Shown piece after piece: positions 20,101-28,363 of a stretch of DNA of 64,000 nucleotides; position 1 is the stretch's first letter, and every line of letters starts with the position of its first letter. A program made the translations under genes and the position numbers. The notes under the pieces are model-generated. The model searched no databases and had not been told where the DNA came from. It saw only the letters and a program-made list of their open reading frames with translations. Origin of the DNA: an uncultured Brachyspira sp. (GTDB taxonomy: Bacteria; Spirochaetota; Brachyspiria; Brachyspirales; Brachyspiraceae); contig NZ_CALXKQ010000011.1 in assembly GCF_944388875.1 (NCBI RefSeq), positions 13,073-77,072 of the forward strand, read 5' to 3'.

Positions 20101-20859
20101 TGGAAATTTATACCTTCTAGGAGAATCTAAAGTGGCTTTAGTCTGTATTGCCAAAAGTATCTCATGTGCTTTAGCATCTTCTTTTGATACATAATGAACA
20201 TCATTAGTAACTACAAGCTCTATATTTTCATGCTTAGCAAGTTTGTACAAATCATTATTAAGCTGCTTTTCTTCAGCTATTCCATGATCTTGAAGCTCTA
20301 TATAAAAATCTTCTCCAAATATAGATTTATAATACTTAGCCAATTTTACAGCCTGATTATAATCTTTTTTTCTTAATGCTATAGGTATTTCTCCTCCCAT
20401 ACAGGCTGAAAGACAAATTAATCCATTATTATATTTCTCTATTAATTCATGATCTATTCTAGGTCTATAATAAAAACCTTCAGTATATCCGAAAGTTACT
20501 AGTTTACATAGATTATCATACCCCTCTTTATCTTTAGCAAGAAGAATTAAATGCATAGCACTTTTTTCTTCAGAGTTTTCTATCTTTTTATCGAATCTTG
20601 TTTTAGGGGCAACATATACCTCGCATCCTATAACTGGTATAATACCTTTATCTTTAGCCTCAGAAAAAAATTCCATTACCCCAAACATATTACCATGATC
20701 CGTTATTGCAATAGCAGGCATTTCCAGTTCTACTGCTCTGTCTATCAAACCAGGTATAAGTCTTTTCTTTTTATCCTTTTTGGAATAAAGAGATTTTATA
20801 CGGGCAGCTCCGTCTAGTATGGAATATTGTGTATGTACATGCAAGTGAACAAATGACAT
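17176..20859 (-). CDS. dnaE: DNA polymerase III alpha subunit
   Basis: PHP domain HLHVHTQYSILDG, ITDHGNMFG; GRGSAAGS; PDIDVDF; KMDFLG; FNKSHS; no intein. Confidence 0.98.
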   Translation of the reverse strand: MSFVHLHVHTQYSILDGAARIKSLYSKKDKKKRLIPGLIDRAVELEMPAIAITDHGNMFGVMEFFSEAKDKGIIPVIGCEVYVAPKTRFDKKIENSEEKSAMHLILLAKDKEGYDNLCKLVTFGYTEGFYYRPRIDHELIEKYNNGLICLSACMGGEIPIALRKKDYNQAVKLAKYYKSIFGEDFYIELQDHGIAEEKQLNNDLYKLAKHENIELVVTNDVHYVSKEDAKAHEILLAIQTKATLDSPRRYKFPSNEFHLKSEEEMMKSFSKIPKAFENTVKIAEQCKDLNIMTKTYYMPNYELPNGETETTALRKMCIEGLNKHYNNDIPKEAMERLEMELGVIAKMGFEGYFLVVQDFINYARNHDVAVGPGRGSAAGSIVAFATGITKVNPLDYNLLFERFLNPERKSMPDIDVDFQDDKREVIIDYVKEKYGKDNVAQIATFGALGGRSVIRDVCRVMGIDLATADRLAKGIPNNIRIVDIYDDPECAEFIKEIESSRELKNMYEISARLDGLVRNVGLHAAGVIISSHPIMDLAPVYQDSKTGTRACQYEMNYVESAGLIKMDFLGIKNLRLIKDAVKDIKERYAIEIDIDKIPLDDEAVYEIFRKADTGGVFQFESPGMRQMLINIQPTGFDDLVSSVALYRPGPLNSGMDKDYADRKNKRKEIVYKHSDLEPILKESQGVLIYQEQIMAISRVIGGFTAAEADDLRKAMGKKIVEKMNSMEEKFIKGGLERGYDKELLTYLFDTMKGFAEYGFNKSHSVCYALIAYQEAYIKAHYPMEYYVALLNTVIADTDKIALYLNEIKQKNIDIVTASVFESDALFSQKDGKIVYALHAVKGVGLHAALAIEEEREKNGQFKNLEDFVKRVDVHLVNRKVYETLIKCGAFAEFGHTESALLASLDAILAHASNYQKETLSGQTMLFDSMSEDDSGSASLVIEKQIEYSNNILMENEKEVLGFSLKYHPFARYITKIDYKYFNNILDIDKLKDKDEFILPCVVMSAAETTTKKNTPMITLKVMDLFTEYMFYITAKNQIDKYKDILNEQTGILIKGRREKNRFSDKMYTNIIEVKLLDDYLNDKNIKLKEVKRDNIKRDNILETVQIQSNKNDTPFKNSNKESDIKRSDNIVSSDSFTNNNIIIKHSNTGKKQLSLHVNKNIFDDMDLLCLQNAISSNPGEYTIFLKLKSESGTEIFKIGEDYKVDPNQRFLNETKNALRSLIEIEYA

Positions 20860-21295
20860 ATTAAACCCCTATTTACTTGTTTTATTCTATACCATTTAGG
20901 TTAAATATCAAGTTAAATTCATAAAAAATATATAATTTTCACTATAAATATTTACGGTATTTATATATAAAAATTAATATACTTATTTAATAATTATTAT
21001 ATATTATTTTAGTATTTTTATTTTGAAATTATAAATTCACCAGTAAAAATATGATAGACTTACTCCAAAACTACTTGAGAAGATTATATTAAAATTTTTA
21101 TATTTATAAATTATAAAAATAATGTTGTATAGTCGTCATTTTGATATATAAATATGCAGTCACGCTTCGCGAGGCGGAAGTGGAGTTCCAAAGGCACGAA
21201 TGTATGCTTTGAAGCAAATCCCAAACTATAATAAAAAATATTAAATCAAAAAAATATAATGTATTAAGAAATTGAGTTTTGAAACAAATCTAATA

Positions 21296-22699
21296 TTACC
21301 TGCTTTTTAATTTAGGATGAAGTATTTTATCTAAAGCAAAGCCCAAAAATGCAAATGACATACCTAAAACAGCAATCAATATTCCTGGAGGTATTATCCA
21401 CCACCAAAGCCCAGATAAAACGGCAGAACCTTTCATAGCATCATGCAGAATCTGCCCCCAAGTAACTATAGAAGCATCTCCAAGTCCAAGCAAAGATAAA
21501 GAAGATTCATAAACTATCGCAGAAGGTACAGCCAAAGCCATAGAAGCAAATGAGAAAGGTAAAAGTAATGGAGCTAAATGATTAAATATTATTCTAAAAT
21601 GCCCTGCCCCTATTGTACGTGCTGCCTCAATATAAGTTTCTTCTTTAAGCTGCATAGCCATAGAACGAACTGTCATAACAGAACCTGTCCAAGAGAAAAA
21701 TATCATCATTGTTATCATAGTCCATATACTTGGCTTGAATATTGCACTCATAACTATCATTACTGGGAGAACTGGAATACCTATAAATATCTGATAAATA
21801 AACTGCATAATATTATCAACTATTCCTCCGAAATATGCTGACACTATTCCATACATTACTCCAATTATAACCGATATAAAACTAGTTGCTATTCCTATAA
21901 ATAATGCCCACTTAAGCCCAGATACAAGTCCAGAAAATATATCACGCTTCATATTATCCGTACCCATTAAACCAGACATAGAACCAACCAACACCATATA
22001 CGGTTCATCAAAACTAGCATTATCTACTGAAAAGCTGCCTGTAACTTCAAATCTGTAAATGCCTTTTAATGCTTTAAAATCTTTAGCCATATCATCTTTT
22101 TTAGTATTAAAAAGTATTTTCATAGGATTAGTAGTAAGAGTATCAATTTGCCTTGCAAGTATTCTAGGAACAGAATCTCTATAAAACCTAAATATTCTGT
22201 TCTTTGAATCATTAAAAGCTGATATCCTTAAATCACCTTTTATATTATGTAAACTATCTGATAATGTAATAATTGCTCCGTCTGGTCTTGTAACATTCCA
22301 TACCAAACCAGTAGAACCATTAACATTAGCATGAAAAATTAAATCCATAGGAGATTTATCAAATTGATAATCATATTCAAATACTGCTTTATAAACTAAT
22401 TGATTATCTATATTATTAGTTTCAATGCTTATAGCTTTAATATCTGTTGTAATAGCTGACTTTTCTTTTTGAAAAAAATTAAGCCACTCTGGAGCTGCTG
22501 AAGCTGGATTATCCTGCCAATATGTTATATCTCTCCAGCGTTTAGGAGATTCTTTATAAGTTAAAAGTAAAGGCTCGAAAATAGATACTAATATTGCTAA
22601 AATTAATATGCATAGACCTATGACACCTGTTTTATCTTTTTTGAACTCTTCAAAAAACTCTATTAATGGAGCAAGTTTTTTACTTAAAATATTTTTCAT
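21296..22699 (-). CDS. oppC: Peptide/nickel ABC transporter permease, OppC/DppC type, with large extracytoplasmic domain
   Basis: LMGTDNMKRDIFS, EETYIEAARTIGA.HFRIIFNHLAP, GLWWWIIPPG. Confidence 0.85.
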   Translation of the reverse strand: MKNILSKKLAPLIEFFEEFKKDKTGVIGLCILILAILVSIFEPLLLTYKESPKRWRDITYWQDNPASAAPEWLNFFQKEKSAITTDIKAISIETNNIDNQLVYKAVFEYDYQFDKSPMDLIFHANVNGSTGLVWNVTRPDGAIITLSDSLHNIKGDLRISAFNDSKNRIFRFYRDSVPRILARQIDTLTTNPMKILFNTKKDDMAKDFKALKGIYRFEVTGSFSVDNASFDEPYMVLVGSMSGLMGTDNMKRDIFSGLVSGLKWALFIGIATSFISVIIGVMYGIVSAYFGGIVDNIMQFIYQIFIGIPVLPVMIVMSAIFKPSIWTMITMMIFFSWTGSVMTVRSMAMQLKEETYIEAARTIGAGHFRIIFNHLAPLLLPFSFASMALAVPSAIVYESSLSLLGLGDASIVTWGQILHDAMKGSAVLSGLWWWIIPPGILIAVLGMSFAFLGFALDKILHPKLKSR

Positions 22700-23739
22700 T
22701 ATAACTTGCCTCCTACTTTTATTCTAGGATCTAAAAATCCGTAAGATATATCAAGAACTACGAGTCCGAATTGATAAAGTGCCGTTGTTATAGCTAGATT
22801 ACCCATAAGTACAGGTATATCATTTTGCTGAACTGATATCCAATATAAATTACCTAAACCAGGCCAAGAAAATATACCCTCAAATATAATAGAACCAGCA
22901 ATAGAACCAAGAAGACCTAATAATGTTATAGTAACTATAGGAGGAGCGGAACTTCTTAAAGTATGTCCAAGTAAAACAGATTTTTCTGATATTCCTCTAG
23001 CACGTGCTGCCATTATATAATCTTCCTGCAAAGTAGACAATACTATATTTCTCACTACAAATGAAAGCCCCCAGAAACCTATTAAAGTTAACGTAATTAA
23101 AGGCAAAGACATGTGCCATAACATATCCAAATAATACATTATACCTGTAGGAACTGGTATTGAATGAACACCTCCAGAAGGAAATAAATTAAACTTATAA
23201 ACAAATATCATTATAAGTATCATAGAAAGCCACCAAGTAGGCATTCCATATACTATCATAGTTATAATGCTTGTAGTTCTGTCGAATATACCTCCTGCTT
23301 TTCTTGCTTTTATAAGTCCTATTATTAAACCTATTATCATTTGTATAATAGAAGCTGTTGTAAAAAGTATTATAGAACGCGGCAGTGCTTCTCCTATTAT
23401 TTTTATAACATCTCTATTACCATTTGAATCCATCATAATGGCTGATTTTCCGAATTGAAAAGTTATCGTATTAATTGCTCTTATAAATATTCTTTCACCT
23501 ATGCTTCTATTAAGCCAATATATATCATAGTAATATGCCCTTCTCTCTTTAATAAAATTATCCACATCTTCAGTACGCATATTGCTAAGCCCTCTAACCT
23601 CGGCATTTATACTTTCTTCAATCTGAGATTTTAGAGTTTTTTCACTTACAGTATTGAATATAGCAGAAGACATAAACATGAGTATAACAAACATAATTAT
23701 GCCTTTTAATATACGTTTAATAACAAAATAAGTAAACAT
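22699..23739 (-). CDS. oppB: Peptide/nickel ABC transporter permease, OppB/DppB type
   Basis: QEDYIMAARARG, GSIIFEGIFSWPGLG, DISYGFLDPRI. Confidence 0.88.
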   Translation of the reverse strand: MFTYFVIKRILKGIIMFVILMFMSSAIFNTVSEKTLKSQIEESINAEVRGLSNMRTEDVDNFIKERRAYYYDIYWLNRSIGERIFIRAINTITFQFGKSAIMMDSNGNRDVIKIIGEALPRSIILFTTASIIQMIIGLIIGLIKARKAGGIFDRTTSIITMIVYGMPTWWLSMILIMIFVYKFNLFPSGGVHSIPVPTGIMYYLDMLWHMSLPLITLTLIGFWGLSFVVRNIVLSTLQEDYIMAARARGISEKSVLLGHTLRSSAPPIVTITLLGLLGSIAGSIIFEGIFSWPGLGNLYWISVQQNDIPVLMGNLAITTALYQFGLVVLDISYGFLDPRIKVGGKL

Positions 23740-23890
23740 AATATAATCCTTTCAAAATATTATACTAAAAAGAAGAAAAATTGTAAAGTATTATTATGTT
23801 AATTCATAAAAAAGAGAATATAATTATTACAAAAGATGCATTTGAACTATAATAAATTATCAATAAAAATTAAAGATAATAATTAATAAA

Positions 23891-24319
23891 TCATTGCTTT
23901 ATAACCTCTCTAAATTTTGAAACATCAAACATTCTTGTTGTCTTGCTCTTTTCAAGAGAAGCTCTTATTATAAGCATATTTGAATCAATTAAATTATCAT
24001 ATACATAATTTGAATCTAAAACTATAGAACTTAATCTGTTTTCACCTGCTTTGCATTCCAAATTATCAGGTAAATTATCATCAAATCTAAAAAAAGTTTT
24101 ATGAGTGCTGAATACAAAATCTTTACTATTCCAATCTATTATTACTTCTTTACTGTTATTTTCTTTATTAATCTTTACAATTAAATATGTATCCTCACTC
24201 CAAGAAGATAATTTGTATGCTAATAATTTATAAGTAATGGTACTTCCATTATCTTCAATTATCCAGTCATTGCACTTTATCTGATAAACACCAGGATCCA
24301 TTATATCCTTATCATCCAT
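23891..24319 (-). CDS. Hypothetical protein
   Basis: Open frame; GGAG RBS precedes the ATG at 24319 (MDDKDIMDPG), so the start is placed there rather than at the GTG at 24337. Confidence 0.6.
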   Translation of the reverse strand: MDDKDIMDPGVYQIKCNDWIIEDNGSTITYKLLAYKLSSWSEDTYLIVKINKENNSKEVIIDWNSKDFVFSTHKTFFRFDDNLPDNLECKAGENRLSSIVLDSNYVYDNLIDSNMLIIRASLEKSKTTRMFDVSKFREVIKQ

Positions 24320-24384
24320 ATAAATCTCCAAACACACTATTAATATTTATTATTATTTAGTTATATTTACTTTATACTATATTT

Positions 24385-25509
24385 TTAATTTAAAGTAAAC
24401 CTTTTTAAAAATATTTTTCTAGTTTTATTTTTATCTTTATAACCATAATATACAGATGATATAATACCATTATTTTCTACACACCAAGGATAACCGCAAT
24501 CTGTACTTTTCATATAAGAATCCAGTATTATCTCTTCATTATTAGCTTTATAATTAATTTTTTCTATATCAAATATTTCATTAATATTATCAAACACAAT
24601 AGCTCTTACGCCATAAGGTTTTAATCTGTAACCATAAGTTAAAATAACTTTTCCATTTTCTAAAATTAAAGGATTTAAAGGATAGCCCTTAATATCCGTG
24701 AATACAGGCTTTGAAAAAGTTTTTCCTTTGTCTTTTGAATAACTTATTGAAGTTAATCCATATTCATTATTAATATGAGTACGGATGAATGCTGCTAGAT
24801 TGTTTTTATAACTAAGCAAAGAAGGTTCTACATATTCTATCCTAGATTTTTCACCATCAATTTTTTTAAATTCAGTTTCACATAATAAACTTTTTAATTT
24901 CCAATTAATTAAATCTCTGCTTGAAATAACATAACATTGATATTTACAATCTTTTTTATTGATATTTTTTTTATATGCATATACCGACACAAGTATTTCA
25001 TTTCCAATTTTGCACATACTTCCTCTAACAGCAAAGTTTTTCATAATAATATTATTATCATCATAAACTTTTATAACATAAGGCTTTGAGAAACTATCGC
25101 CATTATCATAACTGACACATATACCTATCCCGTCAAGCAATGCTATAGTATTATCATATTCTATAAATGTATAATCATTAAATAAATCTTTTTCATTCAT
25201 TGGATGGAATGTATATCTAAAGTAATATGCTATTATAGTTTTTTCATCAACTCTAAATAGCTGTGCATCCTGTTTAGCGGCAGAATCATCTTCAGCAAAT
25301 TCAAAAATTTTATCTGTCTTATTTTTATTTATAACAGCAAGCATTGATTTACTTAAAGAATGCAGATGAGAATAATTTTTTTTAATTCTAGGAGCTGTTC
25401 TGAAACTTACTAATAATCTTTTATCATCAAGCTTAATAATACTAGGAAAAGCAGGATATAAATTTTTATCTTCAAAAACTATAGTTTCATCTAAAATATT
25501 TATTTTCAT
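24385..25509 (-). CDS. BNR/Asp-box beta-propeller, sialidase-like glycosidase, no signal peptide
   Basis: YPAFP near N-terminus, Asp-boxes SYDNGDSF and SKDKGKTF, EPS, C-terminal DCGYP. Confidence 0.75.
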   Translation of the reverse strand: MKINILDETIVFEDKNLYPAFPSIIKLDDKRLLVSFRTAPRIKKNYSHLHSLSKSMLAVINKNKTDKIFEFAEDDSAAKQDAQLFRVDEKTIIAYYFRYTFHPMNEKDLFNDYTFIEYDNTIALLDGIGICVSYDNGDSFSKPYVIKVYDDNNIIMKNFAVRGSMCKIGNEILVSVYAYKKNINKKDCKYQCYVISSRDLINWKLKSLLCETEFKKIDGEKSRIEYVEPSLLSYKNNLAAFIRTHINNEYGLTSISYSKDKGKTFSKPVFTDIKGYPLNPLILENGKVILTYGYRLKPYGVRAIVFDNINEIFDIEKINYKANNEEIILDSYMKSTDCGYPWCVENNGIISSVYYGYKDKNKTRKIFLKRFTLN

Positions 25510-25551
25510 TTTATATCCTTATAATTAATATATAATAATTTTCGGTATAAA

Positions 25552-25587
25552 AAAGTCCGCATATACAAAAATATACACGGACATTTT
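25552..25587 (-). terminator. Probable terminator downstream of the OMP-like gene
   Basis: aaaGTCCG...CGGACatt inverted repeat with adjacent A-run on plus strand (U-run on minus). Confidence 0.5.
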
Positions 25588-25604
25588 CTAATTATTAAAT
25601 AATA

Positions 25605-26375
25605 TTAAAATCTCAATGTTATTCCTATTCTAGGCAAGAATAAAGCTCTTATATTAGCATAAGTCTGATACTGTTTGAACTGAGCAAATTCAGGAATATT
25701 AAATATTGAAGATGACCAAGGAGCAACATAATAACCTATATCAAATAAGGAAATATCTAAGCCAACCTGTACAGGCCAATCAGCACCTGTTTTTGGAAAT
25801 AATTGTATTCTCCATCCAAGTTCAAGAGATAAATAAAATCCTCCATGAGAATATATATCTGCTATTGATGCTTCTCTTAATGCACTTCCGCTTATGGAAA
25901 GGGCTGTTCCTCCAATTCTAGGGGACAAGAAAAATCCAAAAGGAGCATTCTTTCCAAAGAAAAATTTAACATTTAATGACCATGGAATTGTACTAAAAGC
26001 GATATCATATTTATCCATTTTTATCTGACCTACAGAAAATCCTATATCAAGCCCAACAGTCATAAAATTAAGAGGTGCAAAATCATAGCTGAAACCCAAG
26101 CCAAATGCATAATGCTTTAATTTAGTATCAATATAATTATCAGCCTGACCTTGCGTCATATCATTAATTGTTTTCTGAATAGTAGGTTCTGCCAAACCAA
26201 TACCTATATCAAATAAACCTGCATATAAAGTAGGACCGAAATTAATGCCGAATAAACTTCTGCCATGCATATAATCTAAAAATTTGTTTCCAGTAGGCTC
26301 TCCTATATTTTGTGCAAATAAAGATGCCGAGCTAAAAATGAGTATCAAAGATGCAATAACTTTTTTAAATTTCAT
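25605..26375 (-). CDS. Putative outer-membrane beta-barrel protein
   Basis: Signal peptide ending SLFA; alternating aromatic/Gly beta-strand pattern; C-terminal RIGITLRF with terminal Phe. Confidence 0.65.
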   Translation of the reverse strand: MKFKKVIASLILIFSSASLFAQNIGEPTGNKFLDYMHGRSLFGINFGPTLYAGLFDIGIGLAEPTIQKTINDMTQGQADNYIDTKLKHYAFGLGFSYDFAPLNFMTVGLDIGFSVGQIKMDKYDIAFSTIPWSLNVKFFFGKNAPFGFFLSPRIGGTALSISGSALREASIADIYSHGGFYLSLELGWRIQLFPKTGADWPVQVGLDISLFDIGYYVAPWSSSIFNIPEFAQFKQYQTYANIRALFLPRIGITLRF

Positions 26376-26440
26376 AATATATCTCCAATTTTTTTAATAA
26401 AATATACACTAAAAAATAAAAAAGTCAATATTATATAAAA

Positions 26441-27118
26441 TTATTTAAATATATCATTAGTGGCATCATACCAAAATACAAAATCTAAATATTCCATGGG
26501 TATTTTTTCATCCTTTGAATATTTAACTAAATTTTCTTCGCATCTAAGATAATTATTTTTAGTCAAGCTTGTTTTAGGTGTCATACCTTCAGGAAGAATG
26601 CTGAGTTTATCCATTACTCTCATTATATGTCTGTCTAATATACCTATTTTCTGACCGAAACCTATATTTCTAAGAAAATGACTAGCCTCTTTAAGTCCAT
26701 ATCCTTTAACTTCCTTTGCTAATTCATTTCTTAATTCAACCATAGTATCATTCTTTAAAGCCTCATTTATTCTGTCTTTCAAAATAAATTGCTCTTTAGG
26801 GAAATATAATTGTCTTGCCAAAACTATATTCTCAGCCTTCATATTATGAAATCTTACATGCTTAATTAATATAGAAGCTATTTTTTCAGCACTCCCTTTA
26901 AAAAGCAAATTATGATTATACAAATCAATTATAGCAGCTGCACCGCTTCTAGCCTTTGTCTGAGGAGTACATATACAAAATGCAAGTTCTGCAAAGAGTC
27001 TTTTATCATTATCCCTTTTATAAACTCTTTCAAAATATTCAAGTCTTCTCTTCATCCTTTCATGAAGTACTTTATCTTTATATATTCCCATCAAATGCTT
27101 AGCATATTCTTTATCCAT
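26441..27118 (-). CDS. ogg: 8-oxoguanine DNA glycosylase/AP lyase, OGG2 (archaeal/Thermotoga-type) family
   Basis: ELAFCICTPQ, VRFHNMKA, HhH motif VKGYGLKEASHFLRNIG, ILDRHI, LDFVFWY, C-terminal Lys. Confidence 0.88.
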   Translation of the reverse strand: MDKEYAKHLMGIYKDKVLHERMKRRLEYFERVYKRDNDKRLFAELAFCICTPQTKARSGAAAIIDLYNHNLLFKGSAEKIASILIKHVRFHNMKAENIVLARQLYFPKEQFILKDRINEALKNDTMVELRNELAKEVKGYGLKEASHFLRNIGFGQKIGILDRHIMRVMDKLSILPEGMTPKTSLTKNNYLRCEENLVKYSKDEKIPMEYLDFVFWYDATNDIFK

Positions 27119-27266
27119 AACTATTCAACCCTTGTAAAATATTAAGAATTATATCGATAATACTACTATATAAATTAAATTTCAATCTATAATTACAATA
27201 TTGATTAATTAAATATTTAATTTATAATATAAAAATACAGTTTTTAATTTAAAGAGAATTTTATTT

Positions 27267-28340
27267 ATGCCTAAATTATTAATATCAAGCGATCTTCATC
27301 TCAGCATACAAGAAAAAGAATATTCACTTTCTGTACTGGATGAAATAATAGAACATGCCAAAGATTATGATGCTTTACTTCTTCTTGGAGATACTTTTAA
27401 TACTTTTGAAGATTTGCAGGAACTTAAAGATATTTTTTCTCAAAAATTAGAAAATTATCAAAAAAATGTGCTGCTTCTCAAAGGCAACCATGAAAACCTA
27501 AAATCAAAAGGCATTACATTAAATAAATTAAAGTTTCCAAATAATGTTATAGTAATAGAAGACATATCATTTTTCAATGTTGATAATTTGGATATTATAG
27601 CTTTGCCATATAGCGATAAATATATAATAGATAATGAATTAAATAAAAAAATAGAAAATTTAAATGCGTCAAACAGAATAGTTATAGGGCATGGTATAGT
27701 AGAAGGCACATTATGGGCTATAGAAGAAAATGAAGAGCTTGCAATTATACCTATAGATATAATAAAAAAAATAAATCCTAATTTGGCTGCAGTAGGTCAT
27801 ATACATAAACAGATGGAAATAAATATTGACAATATAGAAATAATATATACAGGTTCTGCAAGAATCTGGAGAAAAAGCAAATCAGAAATGGGGGCAAGAA
27901 GATGTTTGGCTCTTGATATACAAGGCTCTTCAATAAATAAAAAGTTTATTGATATTAAATCTGCAGGGGAATACAAGGTTTACGAATATAATATTCAAGG
28001 CATAGATTCAAAATTAGAAGAGGCTTCAAAAAGATGGGATGCAAATGATATTATAGAAATAAATATATACGGCATAGCAGAAGATGAAAATGAAATTGAA
28101 GATAAAAAAAACAATATAAAAAATAAATATTCTAAATATGTACGGGATATAAATATAAAAATTAATGAATTATTTTTATTAGAAAATGCATACAATGAAA
28201 ACATAATAAAAGAATTTATAGATATAGCCGCTGAATATGAATTTGAAACTAATAATGAGGAAGATTTGGAGATAGTTGAGCTTGCAAAACGTTTAGGTAT
28301 AGAAAAAATATCCGCTGCTCTATCAAATAAAAAAAGATAA
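27267..28340 (+). CDS. Mre11/SbcD-like metallophosphoesterase (YhaO-like)
   Basis: SDLH, GDTF, GNHE, GHG, GHIH motifs. Confidence 0.88.
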   Translation: MPKLLISSDLHLSIQEKEYSLSVLDEIIEHAKDYDALLLLGDTFNTFEDLQELKDIFSQKLENYQKNVLLLKGNHENLKSKGITLNKLKFPNNVIVIEDISFFNVDNLDIIALPYSDKYIIDNELNKKIENLNASNRIVIGHGIVEGTLWAIEENEELAIIPIDIIKKINPNLAAVGHIHKQMEINIDNIEIIYTGSARIWRKSKSEMGARRCLALDIQGSSINKKFIDIKSAGEYKVYEYNIQGIDSKLEEASKRWDANDIIEINIYGIAEDENEIEDKKNNIKNKYSKYVRDINIKINELFLLENAYNENIIKEFIDIAAEYEFETNNEEDLEIVELAKRLGIEKISAALSNKKR

Positions 28341-28363
28341 TAATTAAATATGGGAATAACTTT

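Noticed and set aside
17176-20859. Possible intein or split in dnaE
   Set aside because: Length (1227 aa) and motif order are continuous; no intein C/S...HN termini or LAGLIDADG block seen
25539-25565. Possible sigma28 promoter (ACCGAAAA) upstream of the sialidase-like gene
   Set aside because: No acceptable -35 at 15 nt; region overlaps the upstream terminator
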